NCBI GenBank assembly: GCA_963748215.1
Contig: CAVVHS010000008.1
Span: 462,297 to 526,296 of the forward strand
Direction of reading: 5' to 3'
From: an uncultured Gammaproteobacteria bacterium
GTDB lineage: Bacteria > Pseudomonadota > Gammaproteobacteria > UBA9214
DNA length: 64,000 bases
The position numbers and the translations under genes are program-made. Below are positions 10,192 to 18,668 of the stretch, one piece after another (position 1 is the first letter of the stretch; the number at the start of each line of letters is the position of its first letter). The notes under the pieces are model-generated. The model saw only the letters and a list, made by a program, of their open reading frames with translations. It did no database searches and was not told where the DNA came from.

Positions 10192-10983
10192 ATGCTCAGG
10201 AAACCCGTCGTAATGACCTTCGCCGGCCATGATCCCGGTGGCGGCGCCGGCCTGCAGGCCGATATCGAATCCCTGTTCAGCCAGGGCTGCCACGCCACGC
10301 CGGTCATCACCGCACTGACCGTCCAGGACAGCCGCGATGTGATGGCGTTTCACCCGGTCGAGCCCGTTCACGTGATCAGCCAGGCCCGCGCCATCCTCGA
10401 GGATATGCCGGTCGCCGCCTTTAAGACCGGCATGCTGGGCAGCGTCGAAAACTGCGTCGCCATCCACAGCATCATGGCGGACTATCCCGACATTCCGCTG
10501 GTCGTGGACCCGGTGCTGGCCTCGGGCAACGGCACGCCGCTCGGAGAGGACGGACTGACGGATGTCATCAGGCAGCTGCTGCTGCCGCGTGCCACGCTAG
10601 TGTCGCCGAACAGCCACGAGGCGCGCGCCCTGGCGCCGGAAGCCGATACGCCGGATGCCTGCGCCTTCGCCCTGCTCGACCGCGGCGCCGAGTTTGTCCT
10701 GCTCACCGGCACCCACGAACAGACGCCGCACGTCATCAATACCCTCTACCAGGGCCATCAGCGCCTGGAATCCTTCACCTGGGAACGCCTGCCGCACAGC
10801 TACCATGGGTCCGGCTGCACGCTGGCTGCCAGTATTGCCGGGCTGCTGGCGCACGGGCTCGATGTTTTCCAGGCCTGCCATGAAGGCCAGCATTTCACCT
10901 GGGAGGCACTGCGCAACGGCTACCGGCCCGGCATGGGGCAATATCTGCCGAACCGGATGTACTGGGCCGAACAGGACGACTGA
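10192..10983 (+). CDS. thiD: Hydroxymethylpyrimidine/phosphomethylpyrimidine kinase
   Basis: AGHDPGGGAGLQAD, KTGML, VVDPVL, HGSGCTLA; start at ATG 10192. Confidence 0.92.
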   Translation: MLRKPVVMTFAGHDPGGGAGLQADIESLFSQGCHATPVITALTVQDSRDVMAFHPVEPVHVISQARAILEDMPVAAFKTGMLGSVENCVAIHSIMADYPDIPLVVDPVLASGNGTPLGEDGLTDVIRQLLLPRATLVSPNSHEARALAPEADTPDACAFALLDRGAEFVLLTGTHEQTPHVINTLYQGHQRLESFTWERLPHSYHGSGCTLAASIAGLLAHGLDVFQACHEGQHFTWEALRNGYRPGMGQYLPNRMYWAEQDD

Positions 10984-11699
10984 TGGTCCGCGCTGAACTG
11001 GCGGACGGCCTGTACGCCATCACGGACGGCCCGGCGGGCGCGCAGGCGGAGCTGGTGCGACGCGTCGAACAGGCCATTCGCGGCGGCGCGCGCCTCGTCC
11101 AGTACCGGGACAAACAGGCCGGCACCGACGAACGACTGGCGCGGGCCGCGGCCCTGCTTGGCCTGTGCCGGCAGCATGGCGTGGCGTTGATCATCAACGA
11201 CGACATCGAACTGGCCGCGGCCATCGGGGCGCACGGCGTGCATCTCGGTGCCGGCGACACGGCCGTCGCCACCGCCCGCCAGCGGCTCGGCAGCCGCGCC
11301 ATTATCGGCGCCTCCTGCTACAACCGGCTGGAACGTGCGCACGCGGCCGTGACCGAGGGTGCCGACTACGTGGCATTCGGACGGTTCTTCGCCTCGCAGA
11401 GCAAACCGGAGGCGGTACCGGCCAGTCCGGACCTGCTGACACAGGCGCGCCGCGAGCTACCGGTCCCGGTCGCCGCGATCGGCGGTATCACGCCGGCCAA
11501 CGGCGCCGCCCTGGTGGCCGCCGGCGCCAATCTGCTCGCAGTCATACACGGCGTGTTCGGCCAGCCCGACATCGAGGCGGCGGCGCAGGCCTACGCCAGA
11601 CTGTTCGATCGGGTGAGACGTGAGAGGGTGAAACGTGAAGGGCGTCATAGCCACGGAGGCACACGGAAATACACGGAAATTTCAAAATCCCCGACGTAG
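10983..11699 (+). CDS. thiE: Thiamine phosphate synthase, with repeat-derived C-terminal extension
   Basis: GLYAIT, VQYRDK, IINDD, GVHLG, AIGGIT. Confidence 0.93.
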   Translation: MVRAELADGLYAITDGPAGAQAELVRRVEQAIRGGARLVQYRDKQAGTDERLARAAALLGLCRQHGVALIINDDIELAAAIGAHGVHLGAGDTAVATARQRLGSRAIIGASCYNRLERAHAAVTEGADYVAFGRFFASQSKPEAVPASPDLLTQARRELPVPVAAIGGITPANGAALVAAGANLLAVIHGVFGQPDIEAAAQAYARLFDRVRRERVKREGRHSHGGTRKYTEISKSPT

Positions 11700-12148
11700 G
11701 GTGCGTTGTACGCACCGGGAGTGCGTCACATGTGCGCCCTGGGTCAATCTGATTAATGGCCATGGAATCCACGGAAGCATGCAGAAAAATACATGAAAAA
11801 CGGCTTGTTATGACATTGTGTATCGCGGCGACCCGCTTGCCGCGGCCATGATCTGACGAACCTCAAGGCCTTCACGGCAACAGCCGCTCCCGGTGCGTAA
11901 AACGCACCCTACATCTTGGTTTTTTATTTTTCCGTGTATTTCCGTGTGCTTCCGTGGCCATTATCATCGCGCGATGTTCAGGATGTACAAGTGCCGTGGA
12001 GCACATGGATGTGCGGGAACGGCCATGAGATGCGCTCCTACCCTACAGGAACGCGCGGGGCGCACGCTCTGGCTCCGTGGCCATTACAACGATCCTGCCA
12101 TTCACGTCTCACGCTTCACGTCTTATGTCTCACCTTTTACTTCTCACG
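11613..12148. repeat. Nested inverted composite repeat between thiE and hemL
   Basis: Heptamers 11613-11640, CCACGG module 11651-11679, REP 11696-11716; inverse REP 11892-11912, inverse module ~11929-11958, inverse heptamers 12101-12148. Confidence 0.85.
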
Positions 12149-12198
12149 CTTTATGCGACAATCCCGTATTGTTCAAAAGTCACGAAGGAACCAGCGCC

Positions 12199-13479
12199 AT
12201 GAGCCGCTCTCACGAACTGTTTCAGTCAGCCTGCCAGCATATCCCCGGTGGCGTGAATTCGCCGGTACGCGCCTTCAAGGGCGTGGGCGGTGACCCGGTG
12301 TTCTTTACCCGCGGCGAGGGCCCCTGGCTGTACGACGCCGATGGCAAGCGCTACATCGACTATGTAGCCTCGTGGGGTCCGATGATCGCGGGCCACGCCC
12401 ACCCGGCCGTGATCCGCGCCGTCCAGGACATGGCCGCCAACGGGCTGGGTTTCGGCGCGCCCACCGAAATAGAAACCCGCATGGCCGACCTGCTGTGCCG
12501 GCTGGTGCCGTCGATGGATATGGTGCGCATGGTCAACTCCGGTACCGAGGCGACCATGAGCGCGATCCGGCTGGCGCGCGGCTTTACCGGCCGCGACCGC
12601 ATCGTCAAGTTCGAGGGTTGTTACCACGGCCATTCGGACGCCCTGCTGGTCAAGGCCGGCTCCGGCACGCTGACCCTCGGCGTACCCACCTCGCCGGGCG
12701 TGCCGGCCAGTGTCGCGGCCCATACCACGACCCTCACCTACAACGACAGCGACGACGTATCGCAAGCATTTGCCTCGATCGGCAATGAAGTTGCGGCGAT
12801 CATCGTCGAACCTGTCGCCGGCAACATGAACTGCATCCCGCCGGAGCCGGGCTTCCTGGAAACCCTGCGGCGCGTCTGCGACGAACACGGCAGCGTGCTG
12901 ATCTTCGACGAAGTGATGACCGGATTCCGCGTGGCGCGCGGCGGCGCACAGGCCCGTTACGGCATTACCCCGGACCTCACCACGCTGGGCAAGGTGATCG
13001 GCGGCGGACTGCCGGTCGGCGCCTTCGGCGGCCGGCGCGACATCATGGAGCACATCGCGCCACTCGGCCCGGTCTACCAGGCGGGCACCCTGTCCGGCAA
13101 CCCGCTGTCGCTGGCGGCCGGACTGGCCACCCTGGAGCTGGCCACGGCCGATGGCGTGGAGGAACAACTGGACGCGACGGCTCGACGCCTGGTGAACGGC
13201 CTGCAGGCAGAGGCCGACCGGGCCGGCATCGCCTTCACCACCAACCAGGTCGGTGGCATGTTCGGCTGTTTCTTCAGCCCGGAATCCGCCATCAGCCGCT
13301 TCAGCCAGGTGAGCGGCTGCGACATAGAGCGCTTCCGGCGTTTCTATCACGGCATGCTGGATGCCGGCGTCTACCTGGCACCCTCGGCCTTCGAGGCCGG
13401 CTTCGTGTCCAGCGCGCATAGCGACGCCGTCATCGATGAAACAGTTGAGTGCGCCGCGCGGGTGTTTGCCGCGCTATAA
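12199..13479 (+). CDS. hemL: Glutamate-1-semialdehyde 2,1-aminomutase
   Basis: [40 protein letters not shown]; true start ATG 12199 with GAAGGA upstream. Confidence 0.97.
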   Translation: MSRSHELFQSACQHIPGGVNSPVRAFKGVGGDPVFFTRGEGPWLYDADGKRYIDYVASWGPMIAGHAHPAVIRAVQDMAANGLGFGAPTEIETRMADLLCRLVPSMDMVRMVNSGTEATMSAIRLARGFTGRDRIVKFEGCYHGHSDALLVKAGSGTLTLGVPTSPGVPASVAAHTTTLTYNDSDDVSQAFASIGNEVAAIIVEPVAGNMNCIPPEPGFLETLRRVCDEHGSVLIFDEVMTGFRVARGGAQARYGITPDLTTLGKVIGGGLPVGAFGGRRDIMEHIAPLGPVYQAGTLSGNPLSLAAGLATLELATADGVEEQLDATARRLVNGLQAEADRAGIAFTTNQVGGMFGCFFSPESAISRFSQVSGCDIERFRRFYHGMLDAGVYLAPSAFEAGFVSSAHSDAVIDETVECAARVFAAL

Positions 13480-13516
13480 CCTGTAATGAAAAATTATCTG
13501 GACCGGACGCAAACGG

Positions 13517-13541
13517 AACCACAGCTGTGGTTTATATTTTT
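13517..13541 (+). terminator. Candidate terminator after hemL
   Basis: AACCAC-AGCT-GTGGTT palindrome followed by TATATTTTT. Confidence 0.35.
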
Positions 13542-13909
13542 CCGTGTGCTGCCGTGGATTCCGTGGCCATTACACAACGCCGCTGAAGCCTGGCGGGGCA
13601 CACGCCATGGACCCCGCCCGGTGCGTAAAACGCACCCTACGCCTGATTTTTCATTTTTCCGTGTGCTGCCGTGGATTCCGTGGCCATTACCCAACGCCGC
13701 TGAAGCCTGGCGGGGCGCACGCCGTGGACCCCGCCCGGTGCGTAAAACGCACCCTACGCCTGATTTTTCATTTTTCCGTGTGCTGCCGTGGATTCCGTGG
13801 CCATTACACAACGCCGCTGAAGCCTGGCGGGGCGCACGCCGTGGACCCCGCCCGGTGCGTAAAACGCACCCTACGCCTGATTTCTCATTTTTCCGTGTGC
13901 TGCCGTGGC
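13536..13909. repeat. 117-bp tandem array, ~3.2 REP-containing units
   Basis: REP at 13620, 13737, 13854; TTTTTCCGTGTGCTGCCGTGG four times. Confidence 0.93.
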
Positions 13910-13939
13910 CAGAATCCTGCTTAGCCAGCTGATAGTTTG

Positions 13940-15958
13940 ATGGACGCGCTGCTGCAAACCGTGCTCGACTGGATCGCCCTGCATCCGCACGCCTTCAACG
14001 CGGTCGTCTTCACCGTCGCGCTGATGGAGTCACTGGTGGTGCTGGGACTCTTGATACCGGGCGCGGCGCTGCTGTTCGGCGCCGGCGCCCTGGTCGCCAC
14101 CGGTGCCCTGCCGCTGTATCCCATCCTGCTCTGGACCACGCTCGGTGCCGCACTTGGCGACATCATCAGCTTCCTGCTCGGCCGGCACTACCACCAGCGC
14201 CTGCGCGTGGTGTGGCCGTTCCGACGCTATCCGGTACTGGTCAACCGCGGCGTCGATTTTTTCGTGGGTCACGGCGGCAAGGGTATCTTCATGGCACGGT
14301 TCATCGGACCGTTGCGCCCGATCGTCCCGGCCATCGCGGGCATGATGAGCATGTCCACCGCGCGCTTTCTGGCCATCGACAGTCTCGCCTGCGTGCTGTG
14401 GGCGCCGGTCTACATCCTGCCGGGTATCGTGTTCGGTGCCTCGCTGGGGCTTGCCGCCGAGGTCGCCGGACGGCTGGTGGTGCTGCTGGTCGTCATCGCC
14501 GGACTGGCCTGGGGCGGCGTCTGGCTGATCGGCAGCCTGATCCGGCTGCTGCAACCGCGTGTCGGCGGCCTGCTGGAACGGGCGCTGCTGTGGAGCCGCG
14601 ACCATCCGCGCATCCGCCCGCTGGCCGGCTCGCTGCTGGACCCCGATCACCCGGAGGCGCGCGGCCTGGCCATCCTGTCGGTCCTGTTCTTCATCGCGCT
14701 CTGGCTGCTGCTGCTGATCTCCCGGCAGGTCATGCACGGTCACTCGCTCGAGGGGATCGATGCCTACGTGTTCCAGAACCTGAGCAACCTGCGTACGCCC
14801 TGGGCGGACACCATCATGGTGTTCTTTACCCGGCTCGGTGACAGCCTGGTACTGGCACTGGTCATCGCGGGCAGCTGCGTGTGGCTGTTCTGGAAGGGTT
14901 ACGGCAAGGCCGCATTGCACTGGCTCGCGGTGTATGCCAGCACCGGCCTGCTGACCTGGATCCTCAAAGTCACCACTCACATCGCACGCCCGATAGCCTA
15001 CAACGGCAGCTATTCCTTTCCCAGCAGCCATACCAGCATGAGTGTCGCGGTGTACGGTTTTCTGGCCCTGCTGGTCGCGCGCGAGCTGCCGCACACTCGG
15101 CGCTGGCTGCCCTACTTCTGCGCCGGCGCCCTGATCGCCCCGATCAGCCTGTCCCGACTATACCTTGGCGCACACTGGCTCTCCGATGTACTGGCCGGAC
15201 TCAGCCTGGGGATCTTCTGGGTGGCGCTGATCGGCATCGCCTATGACCGGCATCCGGCCCCGGCGCTGCAGACCCGCTCCCTGCTGGCCATCAGCACGAT
15301 CCTGCTGGTTGCGGTTGGCAGCTGGCAGGTACGGCAGCACGGCTACGAAGATGTACTTGCTCATTACTCTCCTAATGACACTCTGCAGCGGGTTACCGCC
15401 ACCACCTGGCGTACCGCCGGGTGGGAAGCCGTTCCCGCATTTCGTATTGATCTCGAGGGCCGCAACGAGCAGCCTCTCAATTTTCAGTGGGCCGGCTCGC
15501 TGCAATCCCTGCAGCGGGTACTCATGCGGGCCGGCTGGCACACGGCCCCGGCACTGAGTCCGCTGACGGCGATGAACTGGCTCGCCCCCGCCCCCGCCAT
15601 CGAGGATCTGCCGGTGTTGCCCGAGGTGAACGATGGCAAGCACCAGCAGTTCATGCTGGTTGGCCCGGCCGACGCCGACAACCGCCAGCGGGTGATTGTG
15701 CGGCTGTGGCCGTCCGGCGTTCAGCTGCTGGGCAGCGGGCAGCCCGTATGGGTCGGCACGGCTGCCACGCTCTATCTCGAAGACAGCCTGCCGCTGATCA
15801 CCTACCTGCGTTCGTCGCCGGATTACAGCACGCCGCTTCAGGTCCTTGCGTCCGCGCTGCGCGCGAGTACATCGCTGCGGGTGGAAATGCGCACCCGACA
15901 GCAGGTCGCGCAGGACATCCAGTGGCACGGCGAGGTGCTACTGGCCTGGGAGCCCTGA
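13940..15958 (+). CDS. DedA/VTT + PAP2 phosphatase + LssY-C-like membrane protein
   Basis: ES..LGLLIPG and ARFIGPLRP (DedA); K..RP, SFPSSH, SRLYLGAHWLSDV (PAP2). Confidence 0.88.
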   Translation: MDALLQTVLDWIALHPHAFNAVVFTVALMESLVVLGLLIPGAALLFGAGALVATGALPLYPILLWTTLGAALGDIISFLLGRHYHQRLRVVWPFRRYPVLVNRGVDFFVGHGGKGIFMARFIGPLRPIVPAIAGMMSMSTARFLAIDSLACVLWAPVYILPGIVFGASLGLAAEVAGRLVVLLVVIAGLAWGGVWLIGSLIRLLQPRVGGLLERALLWSRDHPRIRPLAGSLLDPDHPEARGLAILSVLFFIALWLLLLISRQVMHGHSLEGIDAYVFQNLSNLRTPWADTIMVFFTRLGDSLVLALVIAGSCVWLFWKGYGKAALHWLAVYASTGLLTWILKVTTHIARPIAYNGSYSFPSSHTSMSVAVYGFLALLVARELPHTRRWLPYFCAGALIAPISLSRLYLGAHWLSDVLAGLSLGIFWVALIGIAYDRHPAPALQTRSLLAISTILLVAVGSWQVRQHGYEDVLAHYSPNDTLQRVTATTWRTAGWEAVPAFRIDLEGRNEQPLNFQWAGSLQSLQRVLMRAGWHTAPALSPLTAMNWLAPAPAIEDLPVLPEVNDGKHQQFMLVGPADADNRQRVIVRLWPSGVQLLGSGQPVWVGTAATLYLEDSLPLITYLRSSPDYSTPLQVLASALRASTSLRVEMRTRQQVAQDIQWHGEVLLAWEP

Positions 15959-15965
15959 CCCGTCT

Positions 15966-16370
15966 TCAACCAGTACCCGCGCAGGCGCTCGCATCCTGCC
16001 TCGACTGGATCGCCCGCTGCATGTGCTCGAGCAGCAACTTGCTGCTGAACGGTTTGGTCAGGTAACTGAACACACCGCGGCTGGCCGCATCGAAGGCATC
16101 CGGTATCGTGCCGTGCGCGGTCAGTATCAGCACCGGCAGATCGGGATCGCGTGCATGCAGCCGGTCGAACAGCGTCATGCCGTCCATGCCGCCCATGCGC
16201 AGGTCGGTGATGACGAGATCAGGCTGATACAGTGGAAAGTCCGCCAGCGCCTGCTCGCCGCTATCCACGGCCAGCACGCCGTATCCCGCAGCAGACAGGC
16301 GCATGGACAGCAGCCGCAGCAGGCTGCGATCATCATCCACCAGCAGCACGCGCGGCCGCGCGACACTCAT
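15966..16370 (-). CDS. Single-domain response regulator, paralog of the GlrR receiver domain
   Basis: VDDD, TDL (phospho-Asp), LTAHG, TKPF; about 88/115 residues identical to GlrR N-terminus by manual alignment; AGAGGA RBS. Confidence 0.9.
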   Translation of the reverse strand: MSVARPRVLLVDDDRSLLRLLSMRLSAAGYGVLAVDSGEQALADFPLYQPDLVITDLRMGGMDGMTLFDRLHARDPDLPVLILTAHGTIPDAFDAASRGVFSYLTKPFSSKLLLEHMQRAIQSRQDASACAGTG

Positions 16371-16409
16371 AGCAGCGTCCTCTTGGCGGCGTGTCCTCGC
16401 AGACTATAA

Positions 16410-18173
16410 CTAGGGAACATTCTTGACCACCTCTGGCGAGTAAGCGCTCTCCAGTCCGGTGCTATCGTAGGTTGTCATGACCAGATAATAGGTTCCGGAA
16501 GCCAGGCTGGTCACGGTCGCGTTGCGCGCCGTGCCATCGGTAATGTCGCTGCTGTTCGGGTAGCTGCCGCGCTTGTTGCCGTAGTAGATCCGGTAGCCGC
16601 CGATCGCGGACAGTGACAGGGCGGTGCCGTCACTGCGTGCGACCGGTGCCGTCCAGCTGACGCTGAAACTGCCTGTCGTGGCGGAGCCTGTGGAATCGGT
16701 CGAGGCTGTGGATCCGGTCGAGGCTGTGGAGCCGGTTGAGACTGTGGAGCCGGTCGAGCCTGTGGAACCGGTCGAGACTGTGGATCCGGTCGAGCTTGTG
16801 GAGCCGGTCGAGCCTGTGGAGCCGGTCGAGACTGTGGATCCGGTCGAGCTTGTGGAGCCGGTCGAGCCTGTGGAGCCGGTGGAGCCGGTCGAGCCGGTGG
16901 ACCCCGTGGAACCGGTAGTGCCCGTGGTCCCGGACGACGCCGTCGTGGCACCAGTATCTGCCTGGGCGAAGACGGCCTGGTTGATTTGCGTGATGTCGGC
17001 GCGCGCAGCACTGGCAACCATGCCGGTGGCACTGTACAGCGCGCTGGTGGTACTGACCGGCAGCACCCTGGCCACGCTGCTTGCGGTGCTGTTTGCACTC
17101 AGCCCGGCGACCTGCTGTACGATCGTTCTGATCGCAGTGCGGCTGTCCAGTACTTGTACGGCTTTCAGCGCAACGCCGGCCTGCCTGATCATCTGGTTGT
17201 TGATACGCACGTTGCCGCTCAGCTGCGCGTTGCTGACACCGGATTGCGTGCTCTTGATCGACTGGTCGATCACATTCGATGCAATCGTCCCCTCGACTCG
17301 CAGGCTGTTGCTCATGGCCTCGACCAGTACCTGGGCCGATACCACGTTTGCCACTGCCGATATCGTCGCATCGGTACCGCTGGCACCCAGGCCGTCGACG
17401 AAGCCGTCAACCAGATCGGCTGCCAGTGCGGAGACCACACCGCTGCCGCTGGCAGGCTTGCCGGTCGCCGCGATGTGGTCACGGGTGCGACGCACCATTT
17501 CACCCAACGCCTCGCTGGCCTTGACGATGTGCGCGACATTGCCGGTGGTGACCCGGGTCGTGACCGGATCCGGTACCGCGCTCGTATCCAGACCGAAGCC
17601 CAGCTGGTCAAGCACGATATTGCGCGCCCGGTTCACGTTTGCACCGGTCAGACCACCCGACATGCGCTCGGCAGTATTGACAATCAGCGTGCTGAACGGG
17701 TTGATGTTCACGGTCCTGTCGGTCGCGCGCTGCATCACCGAGACCATCTTGAAATCCGGTGCATGCCCGGTCACGAGGTCGATACCGCCGCTGGCCACCA
17801 GTCGCAGCGGGTACCGGCGACCGTCCACCTGAAGCGTCTTGCGATAACTCGCCGCGCTGTCGCTGATCACGGTACCCAGCACCGCACCGCGCTTGTCGTA
17901 CACCGTCACCGTCGCGCCCGTGACCGGACCGTCGCCGACACTGCCGCTGATGGTCACACTCGGCGTCGAGCTGGTGCTGCTGGTACTGCCGCCGCTGCTG
18001 ATGTTGGTGATACTGCTGGTGGTATTGCTGGTGGCACTGCTTGCAGCCACGCCATCGGGCACCACACCGTCTCCACCACAGCCGCCAAGCGCGGTAATCA
18101 GTATCAGTACCGGCAACCAGCGGTGTATGCGAGTAAAAGCACGGAGCACGATTTTCGATTGGCTGGTGGGCAT
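16410..18173 (-). CDS. Putative surface lipoprotein with (TGS)n linker and C-terminal FnIII domain
   Basis: LGGC lipobox, SGSVGDGPV domain, SWTAP..GYRIYYG FnIII; paralog of 22545..24548. Confidence 0.8.
   Translation of the reverse strand: MPTSQSKIVLRAFTRIHRWLPVLILITALGGCGGDGVVPDGVAASSATSNTTSSITNISSGGSTSSTSSTPSVTISGSVGDGPVTGATVTVYDKRGAVLGTVISDSAASYRKTLQVDGRRYPLRLVASGGIDLVTGHAPDFKMVSVMQRATDRTVNINPFSTLIVNTAERMSGGLTGANVNRARNIVLDQLGFGLDTSAVPDPVTTRVTTGNVAHIVKASEALGEMVRRTRDHIAATGKPASGSGVVSALAADLVDGFVDGLGASGTDATISAVANVVSAQVLVEAMSNSLRVEGTIASNVIDQSIKSTQSGVSNAQLSGNVRINNQMIRQAGVALKAVQVLDSRTAIRTIVQQVAGLSANSTASSVARVLPVSTTSALYSATGMVASAARADITQINQAVFAQADTGATTASSGTTGTTGSTGSTGSTGSTGSTGSTGSTSSTGSTVSTGSTGSTGSTSSTGSTVSTGSTGSTGSTVSTGSTASTGSTASTDSTGSATTGSFSVSWTAPVARSDGTALSLSAIGGYRIYYGNKRGSYPNSSDITDGTARNATVTSLASGTYYLVMTTYDSTGLESAYSPEVVKNVP
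16683..16935 (-). repeat. Intragenic 9/18-bp tandem repeat encoding Thr-Gly-Ser
   Basis: Repeated CCGGTCGAG(C/A/G)CTGTGGA(G/T) units. Confidence 0.9.
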
Positions 18174-18223
18174 GCAGTTGTCCTGGCCAGTGGCCGTCGC
18201 GAAAGGGGAATTCCGAGGCTTGT

Positions 18224-18240
18224 TGCAAGGACAATGCCAA
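18224..18240 (-). promoter_or_regulatory. Sigma54 -24/-12 promoter
   Basis: TTGGCATTGTCCTTGCA (GG-N10-GC), ~50 bp upstream of the ATG at 18173. Confidence 0.85.
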
Positions 18241-18436
18241 CCCGGTGCCGGTAGTACCGGGCAGACGCCAGGGTTGCCTGTAACATTATTATTCTTTTTC
18301 TAATACAGCCAGTTAACTTATGCGCATCCCAGGGGCAGCGTGCCGGAGCATGCCGGCCAGCACCCGCCGGGCGCTGTGGCGGGTTTCCTGCACGCATTCC
18401 GATGCCGACCCCTGACGTTGGCATATTCATACAGTA

Positions 18437-18449
18437 TTTCAAACAGTTG
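18437..18449 (+). promoter_or_regulatory. IHF-like site
   Basis: TTTCAA-ACAG-TTG, one mismatch to WATCAA-N4-TTR, between activator sites and promoter. Confidence 0.45.
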
Positions 18450-18523
18450 CGCTGCCCATGCCCGGCAGCCGCAGGAAGCTTGACGCACGGCGCAAGACCG
18501 CCGCAATCACGCACATGAAGCGC

Positions 18524-18545
18524 CCTGTCTCCATACGGAGACAGG
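18524..18545. promoter_or_regulatory. GlrR-type upstream activator site 1
   Basis: Palindrome CCTGTCTCC-ATAC-GGAGACAGG containing TGTC-N10-GACA (18526-18543), the enterobacterial GlrR consensus. Confidence 0.7.
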
Positions 18546-18559
18546 TGTAATTGCTTCTA

Positions 18560-18572
18560 TATCAATCTGTTG
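18560..18572 (+). promoter_or_regulatory. IHF site
   Basis: TATCAA-TCTG-TTG, exact match to WATCAA-N4-TTR. Confidence 0.6.
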
Positions 18573-18591
18573 TATGTATACGAGTATTCCG

Positions 18592-18609
18592 CGTCCGCAA
18601 ACAGCGACA
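18592..18609. promoter_or_regulatory. GlrR-type upstream activator site 2
   Basis: CGTC-CGCAAACAGC-GACA, one mismatch to TGTC-N10-GACA. Confidence 0.5.
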
Positions 18610-18668
18610 TCGTCCCCGTGCGCAGCGGAAGCGGCGTGCAGCGGATGCGATCGAGAGGAAGGCCGGGC

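Noticed and set aside
290-13909. CRISPR arrays at the regularly spaced palindromes
   Set aside because: Intervening sequences are near-identical within each array, the period is 117-134 bp, the palindromes have GTAG REP feet, and no cas genes are present
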